A program made the position numbers and the translations under genes. A DNA stretch of 64,000 nucleotides from Leptogorgia sarmentosa (Eukaryota). This document shows, one piece after another, positions 13,154 through 26,300 of the stretch (positions are counted from its first letter, which is position 1; every line of letters starts with the position of its first letter). The stretch is from positions 16,120,001-16,184,000 of the forward strand of contig OZ210885.1 in NCBI GenBank assembly GCA_964658305.1, read 5' to 3'. Under the pieces are notes generated by a model. The model was not told the DNA's origin. It ran no database searches and saw nothing but the letters and a program-made list of their open reading frames with translations.

Positions 13154-13280
13154 AAAAACCAACTTAGCTTAGCATCACAGCGTGACGGTGATTGATTTGC
13201 AACTTCGAAGTGTTTCGCGCGAATATCTGAGTAATCTGACGTTTGCTACGTGCCAGCGCTACATATGTACCAGCGGATTA

Positions 13281-13737
13281 TTCTTCCGATAGGATTCCGG
13301 AGATGGCCGAACCGTTGGCGAATTGTCTACTACCGAACGACGTTCTATCCACCGAACGAAGTGGTTTATCTACCGAACGAACTGTGCAAACAACGCACAT
13401 CACGATATAATAAAACTACCGCGCACAACAACATTTCTACCGAACGATAAAAGCACATCATTAAGGTGAGAGATGTACCGCAAAGAGCTACAAAAGCACA
13501 TCCAAAAGTGCATGTAAGACCCATGTGAATGCCAAAAGCACATTACAGTGCACCAAAACTACCCGAGGTACATGTCGCATCCACCGAACAGCACGTCATT
13601 TCTACCGCACAATGCGGTGTAAACACCGATCATAATTGCAATATGACTGAACGTATCGTGAAATTCACCGAATATATATAACATACATACCCAACAAATA
13701 ATATTCTCTTTACTTAAGGCAGTTTTGGCGTTCCATA
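13281..13737 (-). repeat. Right terminal inverted repeat of the IS3EU-type element
   Basis: Reverse complement of 8100-8556. Confidence 0.97.
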
Positions 13738-14879
13738 AAAACGTGTGTAAACACTATGTGAAAAGCTAAGAGATATGGCGCCAATTTATTAATTTGCGCG
13801 CTTTGTGCGCACTAATTTCATTGGTGATATCTTTATGATTATAAATTATAAGAAAATCATCTTTTCATGCAAATCTGTTATATGTTTTCAATGTCGATGC
13901 TGGAATAAAATATAAGGTTAAATCGGAAATTTGAGACACTTGTCACTTGAAAGCTGATGGTACACAACCTAGATCGTACCCCATCTGGGATATACACTGT
14001 TTTTACTTGCCACTACTCAGTGTTAAGGCACTGGTAAAAATGTTGAATTCTAGTTCCCAGTAAATATATTAACGAAGTCCATTTCTCATTGTATTCTGAG
14101 CCCTACTCTAAGTTAAAAATTCAAACAACCCAACATCTGACTTTTGAAAAAGAATTCCATTTGCCCATTTGAGATGTATTCTCTATCACATTCGAAATAT
14201 AGAAACGTTTGGCATATGTATATTACAATTATCCAACAGTCAACCATTCCATTCTTAATCATTCTTTTCTTAACTGAAAACACTTGCCTGTGGCAAATGA
14301 AATTATCTGCAAAACAAGTTAGGTGGGGAGTGCTGTGAATATTACAATGTAAGTTAAAGGGTGAACAGGACACATTTGCAGATAGTCTGATTAACTTATT
14401 CCCCACACTTCCTCATGACTGATAAAATCATCTCATGTTATACAGAATAGAATAATAAGGGGGATGCATTAGGGTGCAATGCCAATTAAAGGAATCATAA
14501 TCAATGCCAGTTCTGCAAATATCAGTTCTTTAAAGGTATTTGCCTTAATTTCATGCAAATTTACTTCAATTACATGTATAAACCTATCAAGGCTTTTGTG
14601 GTTGTGAAATCATTAAGACAGTTTTTCACACAGTGAACTATCATCCGAAAGTTTCAAGAAATTATCGGGCAAGTGCACACCCTCCTGGCCGCCCTGGTGT
14701 CCACCACTGAACAACACTCTTCATAATGCTACACTAATTATTTTCCAGATTAAGGTTCGTTTGAACATTCATGTTAAGACTGATTTGTTGGAAGTAATCA
14801 ATGCTTCTTAATGAGGTATGGATAGTTCAGAGCATTCTCCTTGTTTAATCAAAGTTTGTTTCTTTCATAATATTGGACA

Positions 14880-15480
14880 GTTCCAGGGTTCAGAAGCCAC
14901 TTATTTGACATACTCAACTCCAGAAATCCATGTGCCAAGAGTTTCAAAGCTGCTCTTCATGAAAGCAACAAGCACAACTGAAATCCTGTCTTGACGAAGC
15001 TTGTGTATATATTTAATATGGGTCTTAAAAATGCATCTGGTGTTCTAATGTACAAAACCCATCATGAAACTGGCTTGGTTGGTTTCCTTCTCACAATTGA
15101 TAGCATCAAGAAGATATTTCTTGAGTTAATTGAAAATGAAGGGGCACCAATGAAGTATATTTTTGAATGTAGTTTAGCCTGGAAGATCACTTGGAACTTT
15201 TCTTTGGTGCCATTCGTTCCTCGGGTGGTTTCAACAACAATCCAACAGCTGAGCAGTTTACTGCTGCATACAAGAGACTGTTACTGAGAAGCAGTGTCCA
15301 AGGCAGCAATGGAAATTGCACAAAACAAGATGAAACTGATATAGTACCAATGTTACAATTAATAATGCTGCTATGATCAGAAAATATGACTTACAAGGGC
15401 CAAACCAGAGTCAAAATGATGATAATTTTAGCGATGCACTCAACTTTTCCAAAGTTTCAGAATTTAAAAGGCTGCAATAT
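14880..15480 (+). pseudogene. P-element/THAP9-like transposase C-terminal remnant
   Basis: TGLVGFLLTIDSI and DHLELFFGAIRSSGGFNNNPTAEQFTAAYKRLL are characteristic of P transposases. Frameshifted. Confidence 0.8.
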
Positions 15481-15997
15481 CTTACATGGCCATGAATGCA
15501 CCAGTAGAGAGTAGTACTAGTAACTAGTACCTGATGTCACAGCAAAAAAACATGCAAGACTTTTTAGTTGTCGACTAAAAACGTATTGAACGAAAAAAGA
15601 AAAGTACCTACCATATTTGTAAAATATTCAGAAGTGTACCAGATCATATACTGTCCATGTAAGCGAACTGGATGTCGTGTAGTACTGCGATGTTGCGATG
15701 AAATGTACTCCCTCATGGACAACATTTAAACAAACACAAACGCCAACATTTTACAGGAATCCTGATCATTTTGGTGATAAACTCATTAACATAACCTCTT
15801 TTATTCATAGTGTAGCTACGAGGTTGGTACAAGGTCGAGAGGTTTCTTAAATTATCGAAAATTCATGTTCGTACACGCCATCCGCCATAAAGCTCTATAC
15901 AAATTTGTCTCACTCGGTGGTCTCCGGAAGTGATTTTCGCATGTTAACATCCGGCTTCACTTTTCATACATAGAGAAGCTATATCCAGTCTACTATG

Positions 15998-17453
15998 AGA
16001 TCAGTGGGATGGACGATGATCTCGGCGACCGAGTGGTCTGAGTGTGGGCAGGCTCTCACGCACGAAATAGCAGTCGGGTGTAGCATCGCCGGTATATACC
16101 AGCGATCAAGACGGGAGCGTAGGGTGAATGTCTGGTTGCTGCAAGTATAGATACAGTCGGTGGGGTGAGTTCTCCTCCATGTGTCGGTCAGCTGATTATT
16201 GTCCACAAATGTCCGGAGTTCCGCAGCGCCTAGATTGCCGCTGAGGGGGTTACCTTCTTGTTTGTCGAGTTCGAGGTTCTCAATGCAGTTAAAGTTCCCC
16301 TGGTTTGTATCGCCAGAGTTGCTCCATAAAGGATTTCCCGTCACTGGGTTTATTAGGTGCGTAAATATTCATAATGTTCAGTTCAGTGTTGTCTACTTGT
16401 ACTGATGCCGCTATAATACAGCCTTCATGGTCTTGTAGTTGTTTGGTTACCGTGCAGTCCAGGTCTGGTTTGATCAATATAGCTACTCCGCGGCTTCTGT
16501 TTGAGCTGCGGCTCCACCAGCATTGACCCCCTCATTCTTGTTCTCATTGTCGTTCTGTGATTTCACTGCCGTTATGTGTTTCCTGTAGGAGTACTATGTC
16601 AGCTTTGTATGTCTGTAAATAATCGAATATCAGTTCACGTTTCCTTTTTTCTGCGATGCCGTTACAGTTTAAACTAATGCACTTGTATGCGAATGTTAAT
16701 TGTGAAAGGGGTTCCGATTCTTCCCGTTGGATACCGCAACCTCGGCTGCTTTTGTTTGTATTAGCTGACGTCGTTATGCGTTTCCTGGTTGCTTCTGTGT
16801 GCGAGTTGTCGGTAGGGGCGTTTGTCAGGGCCTTCGGGGTGTTTAGTGGGGGTTTGTCTTCCAGGCTCGAGCTATCGCTCTCGCCTGGGTGATGGTGCTG
16901 TCTGATTTATTTGGTGGGTCCGTGTCGGTGCCGGGTGGCATTGAGGTGTGTGGGGGGTCAGGTTTCTTGAATAGGTTTGAATCATCCGCAGTTTCTTGTG
17001 TTTCCATGGTGGATGGCGTCCAAGGGTCATTGTCTCCTCTCCACTGTGGCCTACTTCGGCGGTATATATTTAAAACAAATTGGCATGAATAAAACATTAC
17101 CGCTCACAACTTCCGAAATATCCATGCGTTGACCCCGAAAATCGTATCGTTCGAAAGAGGAGACTCCGCCGAATCGAATGGTATCACTTTAAACTTGCTG
17201 TTGACGCGTGTCGCGCTTTAAAACCATCGACAAATTCCCGAGCGCCTTGTAACCAGACACGTAAAAAAACAGGCAGTCCCGGCGTACAACAAAAACGCTT
17301 CGTGCTCCATCAATATTCGTCAATCGCAGTTCAAAGTACCATCAAACGATGCAGAAGAAACTTATCTTTCTTTTGACACCAAAACCAAGGCGAACCAATC
17401 TAATTTACCGAATAAAAACCATAAGGCGCTGAGAGCGAAAAAAACGTAACAAC
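15998..17453 (-). mobile_element. Tx1-clade non-LTR retrotransposon copy A (5' UTR, ORF1 remnant, APE endonuclease fragment)
   Basis: Contains NIYAPN, GNFNC, SRLDRWY and PHSDH motifs. The 5' end abuts a U2 snRNA fragment. Confidence 0.8.
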
Positions 17454-17479
17454 AAGAACAGATACTACACTTGATCTTA
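17454..17479 (-). ncRNA. U2 snRNA fragment (nt ~22-47, including the branch-site recognition GTAGTA)
   Basis: The minus strand reads TAAGATCAAGTGTAGTATCTGTTCTT, a 26/26 match to conserved U2 sequence as I recall it. Confidence 0.9.
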
Positions 17480-17699
17480 TATTGATTTATTATAACGTTT
17501 TAACTATTTACAGAATGAAGTGCAATATCTGAAAGTTAAAGGCCAGGCTTAAGATCTTGCCGAGGCTAGTCCAGCTAATTGTTCAGTTCTGGCTAAAAGC
17601 CCACACACATATAAAAGCGCCTGCACTTGCTAATCATCATCGTCTTCATAACTTAGTTCAGTCCGGTCAACAATTGCACCTCTAATGATGTCTTTAGTT

Positions 17700-19624
17700 C
17701 ATCAGGTTGTTCGTCCCTGTGAACTCACAGAGTTCGGCCAGGCCAGTGGTCCCTGTCATGGGGTTGCCGCCTAGTTTATCCTTGGCCGGGCCTTCCACGC
17801 AGTTGAAATCTCCACCGAGCAGTAGGGGGGCATCGCCCATCCGAAAGTTCCAGATGTTCTCCATGAACGCCTTGCGTTCGCTTGGTTATCGTAGGTGCAT
17901 AGACATTTATTATGTTAACGTTCTCATCTTTGTGTACAACTGTAATACTGATTACGTGTCCCTCGTGGTCGCTTAGATCGTGGTCGCATGGATCGTGGTC
18001 GCATGGATCGTGGTCGCATGGATCGTGGTCGCATGGATCGTGGTCGCAGAGTTGGGGTGCACAAGGATCCCCACGCTGCAGCTATGGTGGGAGCCTCGGC
18101 TCCACGCACAAGCCCCCCCCATTCCCTGGCCCATGTCTGCTCGTCATTGTCGTTTGCGTTGTGTGTTTCCTGTAGGAGATATACGTCGGCTCGGTATTGT
18201 CTAATGTAGTCTAATATGCATTCTCGTTTCCGTTTTTCCGCCATTCCATTAACGTTTATACTTATGCACTTGAATTTGCTGGTGGGAAGGGGTGACGGCT
18301 CTTCCCTGCCGCCACTTTGACTGAGGGTCGTTTTGGTTGGGTGTCCAGTTGTGTTGGTTCGGTTGTGTTGGTTCGGTCTGCTCGTCTTTCTTCTTCGTTA
18401 GTTTCTTCTTCTTCTCAGTTTCTCCCGTGTTCTCATTATTTGTTTTGGAGGTCTTCTGCGGTGGTTCATCGCCCGAGTCCACTGAGGACGCCCACCAGGA
18501 ATTCGTATTCAGCGGGGAGAGGTTCATGGTGTCGTGCCAGTCCCATTCGCTGTATTCGCCGCCCCCCCCCCCCCCCCAGGGGCCTGAGGCTTTCGGTGTG
18601 GGAAGGTTGGGGGGTTGTGTTCTTCGTTCATGGGGGTTTCTGTCAGCGGATCTCCTTCGACCGTGTGTCCGGTGTCTGTGGAGGGGTCCTGGTCGTGGTA
18701 GTCTGGTTCTCCTGGCGTGGTAATGGTGGGGCCTTCTCCTCTGTGCTGTTAGGGCCGTCGGCGTCGGCTACCTCCATTTCCGTTGGAGCCGGGTTATGCG
18801 TTGTGGTGGGGCCCTCGGTTGCTTCAGCAGGTGTGAAGGTGGGTATTGTCGTCTGGGGTTCGTTTTCCATTTGGGAGCTCGTTTCACGGTCGACTGTATT
18901 TGCCGACGTGCTGTTACTTTCGTCCTGGGTGTTTGCCAGACCTGGAAATTCCTGCGCGTATTTATCGCAGTGGAACAACTCGTGGCCTTTCCCTTTACAG
19001 TAGAAGCATCAACACTCTGGGCAGTCCCCTTTGCTTGCACACTTTCCCTGCCGTGCACACTTTCCCTGCCGTGCACTCTTTCGCGTTGTGTCGTGTTTGG
19101 TGGCAGTTGCGACACGTTTGCGGTTGATTGCGGTAGCTCGTTCGGACTTGGTACTTGGCCGCATAGATGGATGAGGGAATGTTCTCGTCGATCTTGCTGA
19201 ATCTGGCGTGTCGTACGCCAGTCTTGATGCCCATTTGCCCGTCAATGTCGTCCACGACTTCGAGGAGGTCGCCATATAACCCCAGCGTTTGTATTAGGGT
19301 TTCGTGGTCCGCGTCCAGTGGGTAGCCATAGGCGCGTATGAAGATGTACGTCAGTCTGGATGGTCAGTAGTCATTAGCTGTTAGTTCAAATTGTTTCTCG
19401 AACAGCGTAATGTTTTGTTCCCGGTATTTCTGTCTGTCGCCGTGTGTGTTATACAACGTGCCACATCGTTTTACTGTAACATTCGATCCCTTCGATCATT
19501 TCTTTTCCAATTCCGGCGTCCTGTAGACTGTTGAAAATTGCGAGCTATAGGGCGACTGGGCCATCTACGGTGCCGTCAGTCGGTAATCCCTCCAGCGATA
19601 GTTCTACAGACCTCGGTCTCACCA
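17700..19624 (-). mobile_element. Tx1-clade LINE copy B (ORF1 with CCHC knuckles plus endonuclease fragment), decayed
   Basis: ORF1 motifs GIKTGVR and QPQTCRNCHQTRHNAKEC; endonuclease LLQETH and GDFNC. Homologous to copies A and C. A 5' UTR probably extends beyond 19624. Confidence 0.8.
17963..18048. repeat. 15-bp tandem repeat (GATCGTGGTCGCATG), about 6 units
   Basis: Visible tandem expansion within the Tx1 endonuclease coding region. Confidence 0.9.
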
Positions 19625-20535
19625 TATCTATAATTCTCAGGCAGACGTTTGCAACGAATACATGTAAATATAAAACCTGACGTTATATACTGCGCTACGA
19701 ATTGATAATCGGTCGTAACTTCGCGAAGGCTGCTCCGTTCTCGCCGAAAATACCACCGTTCGATAGGGAATTTTCTCCCGATTCCAACCATGTGTACTAG
19801 GTTGAGATTGAACCGCGGATCGCGCTGAAACAACGGCGCAAAGCTGGCTGTCAACGTGTAATTCGATACCCGTATACTAACCTACTCGACGCCGACCCGT
19901 TTCGCCTCGTAACGTACGAACTACTCGACCGTCGAGTATATGGCACGCGCCGATGATGACACCTACAATCAATTGTTTGTGCGCTGCTAATTAATTCGGC
20001 TGCATGCGCGAAATGCTCGGGACACACGCGCGTTCTCCACGAATTTCTGGCCATTTTTCCTTAGGTGCACATGGTGCGTTTTCCCGACCTACCTTGGGTT
20101 CGCTGGCTTCGCGACCGATTCGGGAATGGCAAACGACGGACATGCATTGAGTTGAACGAAGCGTGCCCAGTTGCGGTTCGGTTGGGGAAATGACGAGTGC
20201 ATTTGAATTGGAAATGGTTAACATAAGTCTAGTATAAAATGTATGATCGGTTGGCAGCGCGTATTGATTGACTCATTCATTCATTCATTCCTTATTGCAT
20301 ATTCAATGTGACATGCATACAACAAGGTGCGAGTAATCCAATATTGATTGCATGGTTATATATTAGTTTCGAATGACCGCGATGTAGCATCGAGTTACAT
20401 GTGTTCGTGAAACACGCGGCGGACAGTGTGAAGAACACAGAATTGTTGTTGTCCCTTCAATATACTAGGATGGCCGATGACACTTGTATCGATCAGTTTT
20501 GAGTATGGGAAATGAGAATAATAAGATGAGGATAA

Positions 20536-20715
20536 AGGGGACGAGCGTGAACGCAGGTCCCCACTACCAGAAATTATATGCTCGAGTTACCCACATTAGG
20601 GGTAATCGCAGGAGTCAACCCAGTCGAAGTGCAATGAAAGGGCCTCATCCTGAGAGGGCCTCATCCTGAGAGGACCTCCTAGTTGATCAAGGTGCTTCTC
20701 GCGTCAGGTAAGTAT
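20536..20715 (-). ncRNA. RNU1: U1 snRNA gene, variant or pseudogene (16-nt internal duplication)
   Basis: The minus strand starts ATACTTACCTG. It has the U1A loop ATTGCACT, Sm site ATAATTTCTGG and terminal stem-loop GGGGACCTGCGTTCACGCTCGTCCCC. Confidence 0.92.
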
Positions 20716-21629
20716 GACTTCATGTCGCATACGATTACGTTTTATACGCTGCAACCGCGAGGAATGCTTGTGGAACGAATGCATGAGGATGAGTTTGTCT
20801 CTCAATCTCTCAAGATGCACCGTGTTTGCACGTTCCGAGAATTGTCGACCCGCATATTTGATACAAGTTTACAAAAAAATCCATGAATGTAAATCTCACG
20901 AACAGCGATGTTGCTTTGTTGACCAGCGAGCTACCCAAGACTATTATAACATGAATGTGTTAGGCTGCTTCTTACCATGCAAGTATAATTCGTGGTCGGT
21001 CATCCGCACTGAATACGTCATATATACGTATCTCCTGCCAAATGCCGGATCGCGGCGATGATCTGTTGTAAAGACAAGAATAATTTGTTAATTATTAAAA
21101 TTTATCGCTTAACCCTTGGATTTCAAAGTGAAAATCGGTAGATTCTGTTGGCTAAAGATTCACTCTTTGGATATTTGGTGTCTGCTTTGTTAAAATTACT
21201 TTCCTTTGGACAATTTTGGCGTAATTGTTGATTCAGTCCGAATCTCCATTTATTGAGAGGACGGAAAATTCGTTGAAAACTCGGACGCGTTTTACGAATC
21301 GCGTTTGACTCGAGCGGGTGAGCAAATACGGTCGTCTATTAGAACTATTAAAAGGATAATCAATAATCAATAACTTAATTAAAACGTACAGGATTGAAAT
21401 GAAAATAACCCGTATATTTTTCGCCAAATCACACTGGGTCGTGTGTATTGTGATATTTTTATGGTTTCAACAAGATTGAAACCTGTTTTGGATACCAGTA
21501 CAACTGCCACTAGAAAATACACTCATATTTCCTAGGAACTTGCCATCTTGCCAGAAAGAATGTGCTTCATCTGGACTTCTACTCGTGATAGACAGTTGCG
21601 AAAGTTCAATCTTCCTGAGTGGGATTAGT

Positions 21630-23140
21630 GATTAAAAAGTACAGAGGTGTAGAAGAGATATTATTATTGAGGACAGGTTTGAATTTAGAGATGAGGAGAC
21701 TTTCACGTATTTCGAGATCAAACTTAGAGTTACTTGATGTTAGTATAGTAAAGTCAGAATCAGAAATAGTGTGTTTAGTGAAATGATGGTGAGTTAGAAC
21801 AGCAGACATTTGAGAGACTGAGAGCTTATTCCCAGTTCTAGACGAAACTCCCATATGTTCTGAGATTCACGTGTGTATATGTCGGCGTGTTTGACCAACA
21901 TACAATGCGTCACAGCATTGACACTTATATTTGTACACAACATGTGATCTCATAGCAAAAGGAATTCGGTCCTTGAATGGAAAAAAGTCAGACAGTCTAC
22001 ACATAGGACGAAAGACAAGGTGGATTGATAGATGTGGGTAAGCTGATGAAAATAATTTACGAAGTTGCGTACGTAGTTGCAGACCATGTTGGCCTGTGTA
22101 CGGTAGGCAAAAGTAAAAAGTTTTCTTTGAGCATGAATGAACAGGAAGTTTAGGTGAGAATATTTTGTCGAGAAAAGATCTGATGCAGTTATCAATAAGA
22201 GAAGCTGGATAACCATTGCAAGAAAATATTTGTTTAAAGTTCTGAAGTTCGCAGTGAAAAGAATGATAAGAGGAACAAATATTAAAGTAGCGTGAGATCA
22301 AAGAAAGGAGTAGGCCTTTCTTGTATGTCATAGGAATAAAGCTGTTAAAGTTAGTAAAGAGTCCTGTTGAAGTTTGTTTGTGAAACACAGAAGTGGAAAA
22401 GTGACCATTTGTCCGTGTGATGTTAATGTCAAGAAAGGATAGTGTGCCATTGTTTTCTAATTCGTGCGTAAACTGAATGTTAGGATGTTTAGAGTTGAGA
22501 TAGTGAAGGAAAGGAACAACTTGTTCCTTGGATTCAAAGATAAGGAAGCAGTCATCAACGTAGCATCTGTAGAACATAGGTTTAAAAGTATGAGGACAAT
22601 CAGCTAACCAAGAGCGTTCATGGAATGATAGGAGAATGTTAGCAAACAAAGGTCCAAGGGGAGAGCCCATAGCTACACTATCCTTTTGATGATAAAGTTT
22701 ACTGTCGAAAATAAAGTGGCAGTTTTTAACAGTCATACTCAGTAGGTCAGTTAATTGTTGAATAGTTAAACCGTGAAAGTGGGAAGAGTTAGAAGAGCAT
22801 TTGTTAACAATAATGTCAATCGTCTCGTCAAGAGGAATATTAGTGAATAGGGATTTAATGTCAAAGCTAGCCATTATAACGTTAGTTGTGTTAAAGGGTA
22901 AATTAAGTAATTCTTTAACAAAAGAAAATGTGTCAGTTATGGTTAAAGGATTAGTGGAGAAAGGGCGAAGAAGAGGAACGAAGAATTTAGCAACATTATA
23001 ACAATAAGTTCCTATAGAAGAGATTATTGGTCTAAGAGGTAAATTAGGTTTATGTACTTTAGGAAGTCCATATAGAATGCCAGGACGGGAGCCAATTGGC
23101 TTAAGTTCATCAAATTGCCGTTCGGAAATGATTTCTTCGC
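21630..23140 (-). mobile_element. Penelope-like retroelement (RT plus GIY-YIG endonuclease), 5'-truncated
   Basis: LYGLPKVHK, SFDIKSLFTNIP, AMGSPLGP, YVDD and FLDINI, followed by VVYKYKC..C.ALYVGQT with a premature stop. Confidence 0.92.
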
Positions 23141-23198
23141 GTTTATATAAAACTCATATAATCATGTATATATAGATACACCAACTATTACATTACCA

Positions 23199-23246
23199 TT
23201 ATAGCTCTGATGATGTTGCAATGTAGCAACGAAACGTTAGCAATAA
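23199..23246 (+). ncRNA. Minimal type I hammerhead ribozyme (Penelope pLTR-type)
   Basis: Stem I TTATAGCT/AGCAATAA (7 of 8 pairs), core CTGATGA, stem II GTTGC-AATGTA-GCAAC, then GAAAC and GTT within the palindrome AACGTT. Confidence 0.75.
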
Positions 23247-23319
23247 ATTTTATATAAAACTGGATGGTTTTAATATGTATGCATTAAAAATCGCTTGCTG
23301 GGCACTAATATTCATATTC

Positions 23320-26300
23320 AGAACCTTCAGCTTGTTCTACCAAAATGTGAGAAGTTTAAAATCAACATATTGGGATAGCTCATCTAATACGAAGGAAAGT
23401 AAACTATCTTGTTTCCACAACGTTGTTATGGCCAACCAGTTCGACATCATTGCGCTAACAGAGACATGGCTAGACAGTTCGATTTTAAATCATGAACTTC
23501 TCCCTGTCGGATATAACATCTTCAGACGCGATCGAGAAGGAAAACGTGGCAGAGGTGTTTTATTGGCTATTAAAGATCACATCAAAACGGTCCAATTCAA
23601 ACTTACCTCACAGTCTCTCGAGATAGTAAGCATTGTTATCAACTCTATATCCAGGAATGTGCTCGTTTGTGTATGTTATCGCCCACCAAATGCTGGTATT
23701 GAATTTCATAAAGAATTTGAACGTTTTCTCAAGTTCGCAAATGATTCAAGGTATAAAGATATCATCGTTCTTGGTGACTTTAATTTTCCTTCGATTCATT
23801 GGTTAAATGGTTCTGGCTTCTCTGATGCAACAATTGAAAGTAGATTTACAGATTATCTGCAGGAGTCAGGATTATTTCAGCTGGTAAATGTTCCTACTCG
23901 TGGTCACAACTTAATCGATCTGTTACTTACTACGAACGAGTTCTTTGTTCATAACATCACCGTTACAGATGACGATTCTGTTTGTTTAAAGTCAGACCAC
24001 AAGGCGATCACAGTGGACATTAAAGTGAAGATAAATCCTCGGAAACCCGTTAAACGTATGGTTTACAATTACTGAAAAGGTGATTTTAACTCCTCATGTA
24101 CGACGTTAAGATGTCTTCCATTGTTAGATATTGTTGAAAACGAACACGATGTCAATACTGCTTGGACCAAGTGGAAAGATGCATTTCTTTCTGCCGTAGA
24201 CACTTTCATTCCAAAAACTAAGATGAAATCATCATACAAACCTCCTTACATCACCCACGACATCATTCACTCCCTCAACAAGAAAGCAACGTTGAGAAAA
24301 CGAGCCAAGTTGACTAACTCTTCTGAACTCTGGGAATGATTTCGACTACTCCGGCACAATATCAAGAGCCTAATAAGATCAAAGAAACGAGGGTATATTG
24401 CGAAGTTAGGAAGTGTGCTAAAGCAAAAACTGAAAGAATTTTGGAGATTCTTCAAAGCTAAAACAACAGACTGTTCCCTTCATGACGTCATGCAACACAA
24501 TGTCCAAGATATCACCACTGCAGAAGAAAAAGCCGAAGCATTTAACATCTATTTTGCTTCAAATTTTCGTCCAGATTCCCCTATTTCCCATAGCTGTTCT
24601 ACATCAAATTCCATCCGGAGTAATCTAGAATCCATTTCTGTTTCATCGGAAGAAGTTGGTGCTCTGTTGTCCAGCCTCAAGATTGACAAAGCTACTGGAC
24701 CCGACGGAATACCTGCCATGCTATTAAAAGAGTGTTCAAATGAAATTGAAAAACTAACTGCGCTCTTTAACATGTCACTTTCACTCGGCAAAGTTCCTCA
24801 GGAGTGAAAAGAAGCTAACGTTATCCCAGTTCCGAAAAAAGGCGATTCACACTTAGTCACCTGCTATCCTTAATATCCAAGACTTTGGAAAGGGTCGTGA
24901 ACATGCACGTGTCTAACTTTGTTATGCTGTTCCTTGATAAAGTTCAACACAGATTCTGCCGGAACAATCATGTACTACCCAACTTCTCGGTGTTTACCAT
25001 GACGTTGGCAAAGCTTTAGACAATGGTTACCGAAGTTGAGATGATTTACCTTGACTTCTCGAAAGCCTTTGACTCAGTGTCTCATCAGAAACTTGTGTTA
25101 AAACTAGAACAGCATGGCATATCTGGTTCGTTATTATGCTGGATAACAGATTACCTAACAAATCGATGTCAGTCTGTCGTAGTTAATGGTGTTGCATCTT
25201 TCTACCTTAATGTCACATCAGGAGTACCTCAAGGTAGTATACTTGGCCCACTTCTATTCATAATTTATGCGAATGATCTACCTGATGCAGTCCACCACAG
25301 CATAGTTCCCATGTTTGCGGATGACAGCAAATGCTTCCGAGAAATCATCAAACCTAAGGACAGAAACCTTCTTCAGGCTGACGTCGATTCCCTTCTGGAT
25401 TGGTCAACTATCTGGGACTTACGTTTTAATGCCCAAAAGTGTGCTGTTATGCATTTCTCTCGAAAGAAAAGTCCAGCCACCAAACAGGATTATTACCTCG
25501 ACGGACGACCAATAAAATTATGTACCACTCAATGTGACTTGGGGATCCTTGTGAGCGATGACTTAAAATGGTCGTTACATATCAATAATTTGGTATCTAA
25601 AGCCAATAGAATGCTTTGGTTTCTACGACGAAAGTGCTTTCACCTCGCTGACGTCAATGCTCGACGATTATTGTACTTGTCTCTTGTTCGATCTCATTTA
25701 TCTCATGGTTGCGAAGTATGGGCACCTCAAGGACCTTCATCTATATATGTATCATCTAGAAAGTATTCAGCGCCGTGCCACCAAGTTTATCCTTCAAGAT
25801 TATGAATCATCTTACGCAGATCGTTTAAAGAAACTCAACCTCATTCCACTTTCCTACTGGTTAGAATTAAAGGACATTGTTTTTTATTTCAAGTGCAAAG
25901 TCGGCCTGTATGAACTTGACATTCAGCAGTTTATTAAGCAACCTCACCATCAATCAACCCGTTCAAGTTCTGGTGACTTTCTATGTCCAAACTTATGTAG
26001 AACATCTCTTTTTAGAAACACATATTTTAATAGAATAGTAAACATATGGAAGAACCTACCTAATAATATTAAATCTTCCTCTTCTCTTTCTATCCTTAAC
26101 GCTAATCTACACAAGTACTACATTTATAAACTCAACACCGTATTCGATACAGAAAGACCTAGAACTTGGAAAACACTGTGCAGTAAATGTAGATCACTGC
26201 AAACAAATTGTTGCTCATGAATGTTTATATAGTATAAAATAATGTCTATTATTAGTTAGCTGACTGTATGTGTGTAGAGGTTCAATTCATTGTTGTGTAG

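Larger units (their letters stand above)
8100..13737. mobile_element. IS3EU-type DNA transposon, apparently intact, with two convergent genes
   Basis: 457-bp TIRs (8100-8556 and 13281-13737, about 3 mismatches seen), termini TATGG..CCATA, and a 6-bp TSD AAAACG (8094-8099 and 13738-13743). Encodes an IS3/integrase-like DDE transposase. Confidence 0.9.

Noticed and set aside
14660..15997. Possible transposon ends (CAGTGG-type end near 14709; CATAG-type P-element end near 15997)
   Set aside because: No partner TIR or TSD was found, so the boundaries cannot be supported.
17960..18111. Possible foreign insertion in the Tx1 endonuclease, and the repeat-derived ORFs (SWSHG)n, (MDRGR)n, (WIVVA)n
   Set aside because: The flanks translate as normal endonuclease sequence (CAWSRGS..VGILV). 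Only a 15-bp tandem expansion is present, so the ORFs are artefacts.
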